DNA of 64,000 bases from Entomortierella parvispora E1425. Lineage: Eukaryota; Fungi; Mortierellomycota. The first letter of the stretch is position 1. The number at the start of each line of letters is the position of its first letter. The position numbers and the translations under genes were made by a program. Of the stretch, positions 33,801-47,816 are shown one piece after another. A model generated the notes under the pieces. The model saw only the letters and a program-made list of their open reading frames with translations, did no database searches and was not told the origin of the DNA. Location: the NCBI GenBank assembly GCA_020891255.1, contig BQFW01000008.1, positions 2,542,001 through 2,606,000 on the forward strand. The letters run 5' to 3'.

Positions 33801-35455
33801 TTCGGGTCGGACTAGGGGTTTGTGGGTAGGGCAAGGCCAAGTTCACACGAAGGGAAAGGAAAAGACTGGTCCGGACATTTTTTCTCTTTGGTTTGGTTGC
33901 AGCTCTGAACCATCCAACGATCCGATGGTGAGCATCAGGACTAAAAAAGCGATGGGTGTGAACTGGACTGACCTTTATTTGGTTCCCATGTGTATGTATC
34001 CACTCAGCCGCCAAGGTGAGGTCTGGTGGGCAGGTGGGGAGAGAGGAGAGAGGAGAGAGGAGGAGAGAGCGTGGCCGAGAACTTTTTTTTATGTATTATT
34101 TCAATGAAATTCAATTGAATTGAAAGTAAAGAAAAGACAGACGGACAGGGGAGGAATGGCCAGCCTCGAATGTTCAATTGTTTTCGAGTCGACATGTTTG
34201 CCCTTGTGAGCACTCCCCAAGATGAGGACGGTTGCTCGATCCGAGAAAGGGTCGAGTCATTCACTGGCACTGTATTCTATTCTGTCCGGCTTATTCTCCG
34301 CATCGGTGCCCCTTCTGTGCGCACAACCCTGTCTGGTCGTTGTCTTGTCTTTCTCGCTTTGCACCCCTGTCTCTTTTCTTTTTTTTCTCCGTTGAATTCT
34401 CCTCTTCTCTCCACTTCACATCTCTCTCTTTCTTCTTCTTCTTCATCCATCCATCCACCCTCATTCAATTCATTCATCTGTCCTCGTTCTCCTTTCTCTC
34501 CTCTCTCCCCTCTCCTTCCATTCTCCCATCACCCTCGACTATATTAATTTTTATTTTCCGAGGACAATAACAACCCCCCTTCTCGACTACGCACTCTTTC
34601 CCACCATCGCCCATCCCTCCTCATTCCCCCTCAACCGACTACCTTTGTCTTCAATCTCTACTCCTTGAGCACGTTGACACCCTTGTGCTGCTTTTCCCCT
34701 CTTTCTGTCTCAACAGCTGTAAGTACGTCCTTCCCCTCTCCAGACCACATACATACAGACATACAACACCCACCACCTTACCTTGCCTCAACGACAGCAC
34801 AACACACCCCCTTGCTCCTCTCAGTCTACCTGCCTGCTTGACCCCTTCTCTTCCCACAAATCAAAGCCTGCGCGTGCCCACCATCCAACCCTCGCTCTTT
34901 TATTATCCCATCAACCCTCCTGCTGCCCCTGTCTGCCCTGTCTGTCCTCTCTGTCCGTCCGTCAACCTGCTTGCCGTCTGAATGTGCATCTCCCCCCTTT
35001 TTATTCCGCCCTTTCGCTTTCGCTTTTGCCTCGCCTTGCTGTCTCTGTCTTTTTCCCTCCACGTCGCAGTCTGGGCTGGCCCTGGCGCGGCTGTCAATTG
35101 GTCCTTTTTATTTCCCCTCTCTCTCTGTCTTGTGTCTTTTTCCACATCTTGGATCGGTCCTTTCAAATGTTGTGTGTCTGTGTATCCGTATGTCAATGTG
35201 TCTATCGGGCCCATGCTCTTTCTGTCCTCGGGATGGTCCCGAGACTGAATAGAAGCACAACTGACTTGGCTTGGCTGACCCTAGTCAGTCAGTCAGTCGT
35301 CAGTCAGGCACAGCACTCCATCGTATCCGTTCTCGCCTCAATTCCTCTGTGACTAACGCGCTTTGCCTTCTCTTTTCTTTTCTCTCCCTTGACTCCTCCC
35401 TACTTTGCGTCTTCTCTCCAGTTGTACATAACAACGGCCTCTTGTTCCAAATAGA

Positions 35456-38400
35456 ATGAAGGCCATGTTTGCTCAATCATCGACCTCTGTCGAGTCGACC
35501 CCTGGTCAGTTCGACCCTTATTATCAACATCAGCAGCATAGTCATCATCGTCACTCTTCCTCGGCTGCTCCTTCCTCTCCCACTCTCCAGCATACCCAGC
35601 ATACCCATCACAACCAGCAGCACTCCACACATTATTACTCTTCCTCTTCACAACAACAACAACAACAACCACCTCGCGAGTCTTCTCCCCGTCTGCACCA
35701 TCACTACCCTTCTTCTGCATATCCAATGGAGCATCGCGGCTATCCCGCACCTGAAGAACATCGTCGTTCATCCCAACCACACCCACAGCAACAGCCCTAT
35801 CACTCACAACCGCAGTCGCAACAGCGCGCCGCTTACCCTCCATCACACGACCCCTATCCCAACTATGGCCGCACCGCTGACCGCGCTCCCCGCCCGTCCT
35901 ACCAGCCTTCCTCCTACAACTCATCCCACGTTCGTCATACTGAAGGATATGAGGGTCGGGTAAGGAATACCAACCGCGACCACAATGATCACTTGTTGAC
36001 CTCTGACCATCCTGGCCATGGTCAAGACCAGCAGCAGCACCATGATCAGTACCGTCGGGTCGACTATTCCTTTGGCCCTTCTACGTCTACTCAAGCCCAA
36101 TACCCTCCTTCGATGCAAAGCAACCGGCCTCCAGCCTCATCCTCCTACCCCGAGGACCTGAACAAGTTTCATTTGCCTCCGATTCTTGCTCCCGAGGAGC
36201 CGTTTTATCGAAAGGACATTCCTGGTCGCCACATGCGCTATTTCAGTAATGTGACCAGCCATGATCGCGAAGACCGTCAAGGGTACTACTCTTCTGCGCG
36301 CCATATCGCGCCCAGTAATACTTCGGGCATCTTTGGCCACGGCCCTCCACTCGGTGATGCCTTGGATCGCTTTGGGGCTAGACAATCCCAACAGCACCAA
36401 CGGCAGCTTGAGCAACAACGCCAGGCACAGCAGCAACAACAGCAGCAACAACAACAGCAACAGCAATCGTCGCAGGCACCCCGTCTGCCTTCGCTCTATA
36501 CTGCTTTGCCCGATCAACGTCCTGCATCGTTGGCCTTCCCTCCTGTGGAACACAAGATGTCATCGTCCCGCTCGCCCATCATGTCGTCCCCGGACCAAAA
36601 GCCCGTCGGTTACAGATCTCACCATCCTTCTCCGTACCCTCAGGCTCAGCAGGCCACGACCCCTCCAAGCATCAAGCCCAAGCCCATCCAGCCCAGGTCC
36701 ATTGCTCCTGCACCCTCGAGCCCCTCCTCGCCTGACGCTCAGTCGCCCATGGTCTCGCCTCACGATGGTCCTTCCAAAAAGAATGATCGTTCGTCGTCCA
36801 TGTATGTCAAGATTGAGCCAAAGGAGCATCAGCTTCACCCCTACCCTACGTCTGCCCATCGCCCTGCTCCTCCTTCCCCCCCTGTCAAGCGCAAATGGAG
36901 CCGCGAGCATTCACCCGTTCGTATGAACGCCAACAGCAATGGGCCCCGGTCCATGATCAGTGCTGCCACCGCTTCCAATGCAGAGTCGGCGGTCGTGGTC
37001 TCGGAGCTGGCCGATGAGTCTTCGCAAGAGCTCCATCTCCTGTCCCGTCGCAACCCTTCTTTGGTCGTGTCCACCAAGGCCAAGACCAACGAAGGCAAGA
37101 AGAGCCACACGGCCAACCCCAAGATGAGGATGCAGCGTTATCAAATGACGACGATCCGGTGCTGGCACGGAGCCATTGCGCAAAAGTCGTACGGTATCGA
37201 GAAGCGTTACCTCTGCCCTCCTCCCATGGTCCAAGTCTCTGCAGGTGTGAACGCCAAGCAGATCCGAGCCGAGCAGCCCCATGTGACCATGTCTGTGATC
37301 CATGAAAAGGTCAATGGTCCTCACCATGCCGAGAACTTGATGGAGCAGGATTGTACCTTGGATGATGCTTTGCGCTGCTCGTTCAGGAACTTGCACGTTA
37401 CTGGCACCGGTTCTGACAGCTCCAAGCGTTTCAAGCTGGGTCTCCAGGTCTTCTTGAGCAACAACAAATCAGCAGGAGCAGGAGGCGCTTCAGGAGTCGT
37501 GATGCCTACCGCGATCATGGACTCGAACCCTATCCCCATCATCTCCAAGCCATCCAAGAAGACGGCCAAGGCCGGAAACGCCTCGTGCTTCATCTTGAAC
37601 GGCATGAGTGTCTCGTTGTTGAACCGAATCAATGCCCAGACGGTGCGGACCAAATATATGGCGGTCGATAATAACGCCGTGTGCGCAAAGATTGGTTCCT
37701 GGTCTTCGTTCACCATCAAGATGGTGAAGCCTCCTCCCTCGCCCCCAGTCAAGGTCGTGCCTGCCAGCATGGGTATCTTCAAGGCGCCTACGCACTCGAC
37801 CAAGTTTGTGCCCATTCGCATGAAGGGAGATACTCCAGCACCTGTTACATCCTCTGGACCTGGCCAGGCATCCTCGCCCATGGCTCGTTCTCATTCCCAG
37901 TCGGGTCGCCCTGATTTGGCCCCTGCTGCTCCTTCCCAGGCTTACCAGTACCGCCAACAGCAGCAGCCTCAGCAGGCTCCTCAGCAACAGCAGACTCAGC
38001 CTCAGACGCAGCCTCAGCCATTGGAGACGCCTTATAGCTTTTCCAACTCGGAGCCCGTTCTGTACGGTGCCGAGATTGTGTTGATCAACGACTTGACGGG
38101 CATCATGACAGACCGTCTTATTATCCGCAAGGTTGAGAACGGCAAGGTCTCGCGCTCTGGCACTGGACCTGTGAGTCAGATGCAAAAGATTGTGCTGGAG
38201 CACCCAGACCGGGTGCACCCCGAGGATGGTCGTCCTTACTACTTGAGCGCTTCCTCGATTGGTTCGCCCAAGATTGAGGGCAAGATCCCACTTCAGGCGG
38301 CCATGGACCGCAGTCCCTTGTTGGAGTACAGGACTTCGTCCAAGAAGGCGTCGATCATGGATATGACGGACCACCAGGACGATGATGAGGACGAGGACGA

Positions 38401-39481
38401 GGAAGGGGGAGAGTATGCCAATGGTCAGCACTCGGGCATGTCGAGGCGATCCAACAAGCAGGACAGCATTGCGGTCGATGACTTTGTCTGCTGGACCATT
38501 GCTGGCATTGGTATGTATTCTACCCGGTCTTTGTCCTATTTCTGGAGAGTTTTCCATCTATTTTCTTTTTCTTGCGGCTAACAAACAATATCAATATCTA
38601 TTCCTCTTTCATTAGCTAAATTCGATTACACCTACTTTGGACCTATCCCTTCCTCGGTCGATACCGATGTCGATCCTTCCAAGGTGCCTACCGTCCTCTC
38701 TTGCCCTCAGTACAACTCCTCGTCCAACACGGTCACGATGCAGGTCAAGAACGTCTTTGAGAAGCTCTCGCCCCAAGAGGAGGAGAGCCTCGTCAAGCGT
38801 CAGGAGGACCCTTACCAACGCAAGTTGACCCTCTCCGAGTATGTCTACAAGCGTTGCGAGGATATCCGTCAGCCCATGCGGGATGAGGAGGGCCCCGTTC
38901 AGCTCTGGTTGGCCCAGCACGGTCCTATCCGCATGCGTCGTCGTCCCTTGGAGGAAGTCATGTCCGACGAAGAGTTGGCGCAGTACAAGAAGCAGCATCC
39001 TTCCCAGGAGGAAGAGGCCTCTGAGAGCGAGTCTGAGGAGGACGATGCTGAAGAACAGGAACAGCAGCAACAGCAACAGCAACAGTTGCAGCAGCAAAAG
39101 GAAGCCGCGGCGCGCAAGGCGGCGGAGGATCAATTGCCCAAGATTGCGACCAAGGCGAACGCGGCGCATTTGCTCAAACATGCGCAGAACAACAACAACC
39201 AGCGCCATTACGGAGGCAGCCATTTGCCGCCTTCCTTGAACCCGCTCTTGCTCAAGAACCAAAAGCGTCGCAAGATGGTCAAGCGTCCCATGGGCCTTGA
39301 AGCCGAGCTGCCCTATGGATGCGAGGTGCGCGCTTCCCATGACAGCCAGGGCAATGCCAAGGCCGAGCTGGATATCTTGATGGTCGAGCGGGCCAGCGGT
39401 ATCGCTTACAGGACCGGTTACAAGGTCGTCTACTCTCGTGAACGGGAACGTTCTGAATGGGTCGTAGAAGTCGTTGGATGA
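35456..39481 (+). CDS. Fungal CSL (CBF1/Su(H)/LAG-1) transcription factor, exons 35456-38510 and 38617-39481
   Basis: HGAIAQKSYGIEKRYLCPPP, FRNLHV, IISKPSKK, NRINAQTVRTKYM, PVLYGAEIVL, RLIIRKVE, PVSQMQKI and WTIAGI-AKFDYTYF. Long Q/P/S-rich N-terminus. Confidence 0.92.
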
Positions 39482-39794
39482 ATTTAGTTTTCTCTTTTTT
39501 TTCGTTTTCATTTTTTTCTTTTCTTTCTTTCTTCTCTTTGACGTAAAATTTCTATTCTGTTGAAATGATCAGTATCTTTATCTCTCGTTCTCTCTTCAAA
39601 TGTATGTAGCAAACTTGTACCAACAAACCAAATACATAAAAATACTGTCTTTTATCCCTCCCCTTATACATTTCTGCCTCCAATAATGACAAATGGTATG
39701 GTTCAATAGTTGGCCAAGATCATCCACTTTAATCTAAAAAAAAGGTGTACAGCTGTGTAGAGGATGGATGGATGGATGGATGGAAGGAAGCCAA

Positions 39795-42700
39795 TCAAGG
39801 AATGGGAAGTGCTTCGCCCAAGGGTGTCTTGTCCGAGGAAGCCGACTCTTCTGTTGTGGAGGAGGATGAGGTTGCGGCAGGCGTTGACATCGTCGTCTCG
39901 TTCACGGAAGTCATTGTCGCTGCAGCCGCTGCGACCGGTGAAGGAGGGCCTGAAATTTCGGAAAAGGGCGAATAGGCTTCATTGGTAGGCGTCAGGCTCC
40001 TCGTAGGCGTGACAAGAGCCGATGGCTCTGGGACCTTCACCCTTAACGCAGAGGAAGAGGTGGCCTCAGGCAGTGACTCTAATGCTTCCTGCAGTTCCTT
40101 TTCGATGGCCTGTTGTTGACCTTCTTCTAATGAGGACGAAGCGTCCGTGCTGGAGCCAGCCAATCCGTCGCCGACGCCTCCACCGCGTGTCAAAGTAGGC
40201 GAGATGACGGCAGGTACAACGGGCGAAGGGGCAATAATATTGATCTCACCATCAGCCTCCTTCGAATCAGATGCAACATCGACGGCCTTTGCAACCATAC
40301 TGGAGGGCTTTGGAGAAGTCACGGCCAAGCGAGGTGAGGTGGCTGTTGGGGATCGAATGGGCGGTGACTTGGGTGCCACATAGGCGTACACGTCCGTGTT
40401 CACCTGTTGCGGGGTTGTAGATCGACTGCCGGGTCCCTTAGGAGATATGGCAAACGTCGAGGCCGTTGCACGGGCCCGCTCCTGCATGATCTTCTTTTTC
40501 CGTTCATGCTGATGAACCCGCTGCTGGTATTGCTCCTCTGCTTCCCGCTGAGCATCGATCAGTTCCTTCTTTTTCGCCTGGAAAAAACTCGACATGTTCG
40601 AGAACATGCCTGCTGCCTTTTGACCCAATGCTGCTGTCGCTGCCGTCGCGGGTCCAAGGCTGGAGCTCAATGTGGATGACAAGGGGGATCCCGCGACCGA
40701 TCCTGTTCTCGAGCCTGGTGTTTGGGGTCGTTGTTGAATCGCTGCTGTCCTGGGCGAGGACCGATGTGAGCTTGGGGGAACGACCACATCACGTCGGTCT
40801 TCCTCGTCAGGGTCCACTTCTGGATCGGGCACTGATCGTGATGTGGAACGTTGAACAGGATTGGTGGAAGTGTTAAAGACGAGCCCTTTGCCATCCACAG
40901 AGGGTTCTCTTGATCTGGGAGAGTAAATGGCTGGTTCAAACGTAGTTGGACCCGCCTCACTCTCCTCTGGTTGGAGTTTTTCAAACTCTTGCCATACTGA
41001 ATCAAAGACATTGGAGAGTCGCTCCCGGCTCGTTGTCATAGCCCTTGAAAATGATTGTTTCAGAGGAACAAGGTTCTTGTCAATCCTCATGTCCTTCAAT
41101 TGACTATACAAAGACGACAAAAATAGAGATTGGAGTTTAGGCACAGATGCACGGCGCAGTTCGATTTCAAAGAAAGATCAATGGAATTGTCTGTAGAGTC
41201 AGCCTACTTTGCCAAGCGCCTTTGTACATGCGCCAGTGAAAAATTGCCTTGGCAGGGGTGTCCAGGGGCGACAATTTCGTTCAAGAGTTCCCAGTCCACA
41301 AAGTCATTCCAGAGCTGATAGTTTGGAGTTTGTTGCCAAGCCTTTACAAAGTACGTGCCATAATCTGCAGTCATGTTGCGATCTGGGAACACATGAGAAA
41401 AGAAAGGAAAGATGGTCAGCATTTGACATAGTAGATTGAGGCGAATCCATCTTAAAAATAAAACTCAGCGTTGCCTACCTCCTGAGCTTCCAACTCCATC
41501 AATGGTATCGTCTGGTTGAATGTTCTGGGAATGTTTTACACTGGACAAAAGCGTCAAGATGTACTCTTCAAATTTCGCCCGCAGGTAGTCGTCGCTTCCA
41601 GTGTACTCGGTTTGGGCTGTGAAAGGCAAAGGTGCATAGGGTTCAGAGTCTGGTCCAGGAAATATAGCTAATCCATGGCAGTGACAACAACAAAACAGTT
41701 CCCTACCATCATTTACGCCACCATCGTTCACTGCCTCGATAATTTCGTCCATCCAACGTCGATCAGCAGATGTCAAGTTAAGGGCACTTGAAAGAGAATC
41801 CTGTAAAATGTCAATGGTCCCTGGCTCAGTCTATATTGGGTGGTGGGGAGTACAAGACTGTCAAACACGTGTCCACCCCAGATCAGAGGAATTTGACCTT
41901 GAAGCAGTTTATCTATCCTTACGTTCACAATGACATCTGCACCGCAGTCTCGGTTGTGGAGAAAGATTGCATTGGTGGTTCCGATAATATAACTCCTTGT
42001 CCGAGGATCTTGCAAGATGTCGATCTGCTGCAGAGGCAGATATGGTTGAAAGAACGAGCCCTACAGGATGGATTGCATTCAGATATGGCAGGGTCAGAAA
42101 CGAGACTCTGTCGACAGTGTCAATTTCGACCGCGTGAAGGACATACCTCTCCAAATATGTGTAAGGGAAGTCCAAGGTATTTGAAAAGCTCTTGTTTGTC
42201 AGTCGAGTGAGCGGGTGTTTTTGACATGCTTCTCATGTAAACTTCCTGAGAATCCAGCAAGGGTGATCCAGCATCCTGTAGTGACTTTAGCAGTCCTGGA
42301 ACAAGCGACATCAAAGAGTACTGGTACGTGCATAGCGTCTCTACTGGGTATCCAAAGAAGATGACCTATTCGGACAAGTGTATTAGTTTTTGATGAATGT
42401 GCGCCTCGGGTATATTCTGATCGGATAAATTCCCTACCCTCTTTTCCAGAAGCAGCAGCTTGAGCAAGACCAGCACCTTGTACTTGAACTTTGTCACCAG
42501 CTCTCGAAGCGATGTGCCTGTTTGTAAGAAGCAGCATGTCAGTATCCCGCTTGATCTCTGAATCCGACCAAAAAGAACCTCCCTCACGCGTGCTGCTATT
42601 ACCCATGAGAAACGCAGAGTCGGGTATACTTTCAGAGACTGTTGCGTTTAGACTGTCGTAGAATTGCTACAGTGTGCAAAGAGGCAAAGGACGGTGAGTT

Positions 42701-43574
42701 TGTCTTCAATATTCAAGTACGGCGCCTCCAGTGAGTCTGCTTCCTGCACGAGATATCTCTGTTTCCACGATAGCTTACAGACAAGATTTCCGTCTGGGAA
42801 AAGTCCTTTTGTCCAAACCAGGCCGCTGTCACGACTGCGAGTCTCTGTCGGAGGATTCCAAAAATGGGCTAGAATAAAGACAAGTACAAGGTGAGTTAAG
42901 AGGAACGAGTACACAAAGGACGACCGGAAGAAGGCACGGACAAAAGCCCTGGTGACCCCAGCACTTGCCTGTGTAGCCAGGACGACAACAGCCTTTTGGA
43001 CAGAACTACGCGTGACATCATCCGTCTTGACAACAAGGTCCTTTGTCAGAATCTGGCGATTGCATGATATGCCAAAGAGGGTGGTGGCCACGTCCTTTCT
43101 GTTTTTGACGGGGGGCAGGTGAAAGTAGGTAAAGTCCTCGTCGCTCTGATGACTGCCGTCTGTGGAGGGATGTATGTTATGTGTTAGTGGATAAACCCAT
43201 GGACGACAATGTATGATATGCATGTCCTCCCTGCATCCTTGTGTGTCCACGAGCACACACGTCTCCAGCGGTGTTTGTACCTGGCAGTGCCAAGAAGGGC
43301 AGCAGACTCCATTCCTCAGGCACATCCAGTCGTTTGAGCTGGGTCTGGGCAGTCTGACCGGGGAATGGCGGGAAGGCGTACTCGACGATGGGTCCATGAG
43401 CATGGTGGCTATGGAGCAGTAAGAGAAGGGGAGAAGAGAGAAGAGAGGAAGTAAGTCGACGTTGTGTATACACGCGCGGGGTGGACATGAGACAGACAGA
43501 CGGAAGGAAGGAAGGAAGGAAGGAAGGACAGCTTCGTACAATCCCACGACGATGATGTGGAGAATCACGCCCAT
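39795..43574 (-). CDS. AVL9: AVL9-family DENN-like late secretory pathway protein (multi-exon; internal exon boundaries only partly resolved)
   Basis: MGVILHIIVVGF-HHAHGPIVEY, LPFLALP-DGSHQSDEDFTYFHLP, TLFGISCNRQI, DVTRSSVQKAVVV, KYLGLPLHIFGE, IIGTTNAIF and GSDDYLRAKFEEYIL. Confidence 0.9.
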
Positions 43575-43949
43575 GTGAAGAGAGAATGCGGTGGAGAGGA
43601 GTGCGTGGGCGAGAGTGGCGGTGCTGTGGTTGCAGTTGGTCGCTGGGTTGAGGTGCAGTTGAAGAGAGAAGGAGAGAGAAGGAGAGACGAGAAGAAGAGG
43701 CCAAGGACAGAAGGAGCAATAAATGCCATACAGTGGTAGTATGGTTGTGTGACTGCCAGCCATGGCCCTGTCCCTTCCCTTTCTTAGCATGTCCTGATCA
43801 CTCGTGGAGCAACTGGTCCCTGCCATTCCTTCCTTCTCTCTTCCTGATCCACTTCTCTCATTGTAACCCCATCCAGGACTCAAGGACATCTCCCATCTCA
43901 TTCTCAATTGCTCCATCTCTCAGGACTCAATCTTCCCTGCGTACAGACC

Positions 43950-46032
43950 ATGCTGCTGGCCCATTCCGCCAGGTCCTGTCTCTGGAGGCAGGCCTTGGTC
44001 ACTTCTACACCTTCACTCAAGCCCCGTCTGTGCGTTCAACGGAGACCCTTCATGGACTGGCTCCTGAACCCAAAAGAGGACCCAATATTACCCAAGAGAC
44101 TCACGCCACTCAAAATGGACGATGCCGGATCGCGTCTGCTCTTCTGGGACTCGACCTATACTACGCCGCACCTTAAACCCGAGTTCAACGGTAACAAAAG
44201 ACGTTTTGTTTCTTGACCCTATGCTGCTGATTTGAAAGGCATCTAACAAAAGAACCACACCTTGCCTTTTACCAACTCAAGACCGCGCTGTCTCGTCCCT
44301 CAGCACAGGAGTATGTGACACCCATTGCTATTTGATTTGATTTTCGGCCAATTTTTCTGGATGACTGATCTCGTCTTCTTTTGGTGTTTAGATTGCGCAC
44401 AGTTGTGCTGTCGTGGATGGAAATATTCATGTCTGGGGATCCAACTACTATAGTCAGGTATGGACAGAGAGACTTTCTTCAGTGGCAGGATAGGACAAAG
44501 AATCCAATAAGAACAAGCGCACTAAACCTACTTTTGGATCTGACATAGGTTGGTCTCACCACAGAGTCCTTTCACGACGACGACTCGGAAGAAATCACGG
44601 ACGTGCACTTTGTCAGTCAACTAGCAAACGAGGAAATCATTCAAGTAGCATCAGGTTCGTTCCACAAAAGAAAGAAGGAATGTCTGGCGCCGATCTTTCG
44701 TGAACCAAAAAAAAAAAAAAAAAAAAACCAAAGAAAAACTGACCCTTGTCCTAATTTGGTGATTTTATTTTGTTACATCTTTTCTGATTCATAGGCAACT
44801 TTCACAACATGGCTCTCTCAAAAACAGGAAAGCTTTGGTCATGGGGTTCTGGATGCCTTGGGCGTGGAGACGAAATCTATGATTCTTTGCCGCAGCCAGT
44901 AGAGTTCTTTCATGCATTGAAACGTGACATCAAGCAGGTTTTTGCTGCTGGGTATGTTCTTGGTCCCTGTCAGTGAAATTGTCCAATGTCCAAGGAACCA
45001 GAAAATAACTGACATATCCGAAATTTGTAGGACCTACTCTATGGCACTAGTAAAGCCAGAGAACGGGGATGACGATGAGCTTTACATCTGGGGATATTTC
45101 CCTATGGGCGACGAGGACGATCATGGCAACGTAGTACCGGTGATGAGAAAGAGCTTGAGACCTCTCTTGGTCACTTCTGTACTCGGATACAACATCTCTC
45201 ATGTCGCTTGCAGTCCCTGGCACTTTACAATCGCGGCCACACCAGTAGCCGATGCGTCTTCAGATTCAACACCAAACAAGCCACTCTTGATGACTTTTGG
45301 ACGGTATGATGAAAAGATGCCATTGGAGAAGCCATACAGTCCATTGTTCCTGGAACTTCCCCCGGAGGACGAATTTTATGATGTCAGACCCTGGAGGACC
45401 TTCCAATCCGTGTCTTCCAAAACCGATCTTGTCATCAAGAAGATTGTCGCTTCGAAAGGTATTTCCTTGATCTCGACCGTTGCAGGTGGGGTGTTTGAAA
45501 TCAAAACTAACACTTTTTTATATTTATATTTTTTGTTTCAGGATGCGATGTTGTCCTCATGGAGAATGGCAGTATTGGCGTCAGTGATCACGAGGACCAC
45601 GTAGCACGTTTAATTCATCGGTCTTTGGATGTCGGCATTCTGGATATCGCTGGCGGTAGTTCAGAAGTCATTGCCGTTTCTGAAAAGGGTCAAGTTCTCG
45701 CCTGGAGTGAGCCTTTGTCCATTTTTGCGGCTTCGGGCAACAAGACCAAAGATCCAACGGAGGAGGAGGAGGAGACTGATAGCAGTTTGTTGGCTCGATT
45801 CAACCTTCGCGACATGAGTCCTTCCTCCTTGCACCCTCTTTTGGATTTCTTCAAGGACGAAAAGAAAGCCGAGAGCGAAGTCCTCGAGTTCTTTGATACA
45901 CAACGCAAGGGCCAGGAACAAAAGCAGCGCAAGAGACTGGTGGAGGCCATCTTTGAGTCCTCCAAGTTGGTGGTGGAGAAACCCGGATTGTCAAAGTGTG
46001 CAGCTCAGTACGATCGCTTTACAGTCTGTTAG
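43950..46032 (+). CDS. RCC1/BLIP-II repeat protein, probably mitochondrial (multi-exon)
   Basis: Arg-rich presequence-like start. Spliced RCC1 repeats: AHSCAVVDGNIHVWGSNYYSQVG, IIQVASGNFHNMALSKTGKLWSWGSGCLGRG, SHVACSPWHFTI. Confidence 0.78.
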
Positions 46033-47270
46033 ACGTTTAGACGTGCCTACGGCCATTGAAATATATATAGTCTACACATACTATTCTTTTTTTTTTTTTT
46101 TTTTTTTTTTGAACGGAAAAGATTAGATCAGATTATTTCTCCCTCCGTGTTCAACAATAGATAACTGGGTCCGTGGATAGGGGGGATTGACGATCGACTC
46201 GTTGTCATTCGTCAATTGATGGCGTTCTTCTCAGAATGTCTTCTCTTGTCGTCTCTCTTTCCGATTGATTTGAGACACTCTAAGAGACGAAACTCGTCAT
46301 GCCCTTTCCTTGGCTGTAACCTGTTCAGGAATCTTGGCATGCAAGGGCGGCGATAGCCGGTGCTTACGGAGGCTGCTCTGGCAGGGGATGGTGACGGTGA
46401 GGTCGGGTATTCGATTCCATCATTAGAGCAAATGTGTTCTCCGCAGTGGAGAGAGCGGCCTTCGGCAGATCCACACACCGTCCTCTGCTCTCTTCTCTCT
46501 GTCGATCTGCCGCATACGCCCTCTCGTGTTTTTGTTCTCTGTCCCAGTTTGCCAGCACAATTCCTGGAGGCCCTTTCTAAAGATGCATGCAAGTGTTGAA
46601 CATGGAGTGCGTGTTTCTGAGCTAGCACATTGCTGCTAAAGCCTGCAAGCAACGCGCCTGTCGATCATGGCAACTCGGCTGGATATGAACCATAGTAAAC
46701 TCTTAATTGCTTCCTTCCTTCCCGCTTTCCAAAAAAAAAAATTAGAAAACTGGCATGGAAAAAAAGGTATTTATACATTTTCGTTCAGCCTGGTAGCGGA
46801 TATGGTTCGCGCAACCACCCCCCGTTCCTCTGCTGGGCGTTTGAGCCCAGGTAAAACGCAGTTTCAAATGACAATCTCGACAAAAAAGAGCCGTTCCTCC
46901 CCCCCCCCCCCCCTGTTATTGATGTACCATCACCAAGGCAACTGTGCGCCCTCGGTCTTACTGTAGCGTCGTTTTGCTCGTGTGGTGTTTTTTAAATAAA
47001 AAAAAATCTTGTTCCTGACCGAACAATCCAACAAAAACATACAGCAATGAACGCGATAAACCAAAAAAAAAAACCAGAAACCCTCGGATTTGATTATCCA
47101 AAACTGTTCGGTTCATTTTTTTTTCTTCTTTCTCATTCAATGGGCCAATTCGGGGTGGGCTTTCTTTCCAGAGTAGCAGTTTTTAGTTTTAATTACTTTG
47201 CTTCTATGTCGAGGTGGAGGAAAAGATGATTGAATAGTGGTATCGAGGTTAAAAGTGTTGGCACTCTTAT

Positions 47271-47816
47271 TTAAAGGAGCATCCAGGCAGCAGAGGCAGC
47301 CAAGGCAGCGCCCGAGATGGCCATGGAGGCGGTCATGCCCGAGGCAGCGCTGGTGCTTCCGGTCTTGTCACCGGCACCGGCAGAGGTCTGGGGAGGAGCG
47401 GCACCCTTGACAGCAATCTTGAATCGGCCAGAGTAAACGGGCTGGGAGAGAATGATCTGGAGCGAGTAGAAAGCGTTGGGATCGATCTTGTCGGTGGGGA
47501 CGGTCCACTTGGTGTTGCCCTGCTCAGCAGTGCAGTCGATGGTGGTGACATCAGCGACAAAGAAGGCGTTGGTGCTGTTGGAAGAGTTGATCAACTGGAC
47601 CTGAGCGGCCTTGGGGTTGGCAGCGGTGTACTCGGAAGGAGCCACGCAGGCCTTGTTCCACGAGAAGTAGACCTCATCACCAGTGTTGTAGACGAGAGGA
47701 GGGGTCATGTCCAAGGGGTTGGTGAAGTAGGTGCGGTTGGGCAAACCAGTCTGGGCAGAGACCGAGGTGGCAGCGGCAACGAAGGCCAAGAGAGCGAGAG
47801 AGGCGGACTTGAACAT
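47271..47816 (-). CDS. Secreted, probably GPI-anchored Ser/Thr-rich cell-surface protein (Kre9/Knh1-N-like beta domain)
   Basis: Signal peptide MFKSASLALLAFVAAATSVSA, VYFSW...QVQL...C...WTVP...FYSLQI...YSGRFKI pattern, and a hydrophobic C-terminus after TSAA. Confidence 0.82.
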   Translation of the reverse strand: MFKSASLALLAFVAAATSVSAQTGLPNRTYFTNPLDMTPPLVYNTGDEVYFSWNKACVAPSEYTAANPKAAQVQLINSSNSTNAFFVADVTTIDCTAEQGNTKWTVPTDKIDPNAFYSLQIILSQPVYSGRFKIAVKGAAPPQTSAGAGDKTGSTSAASGMTASMAISGAALAASAAWMLL

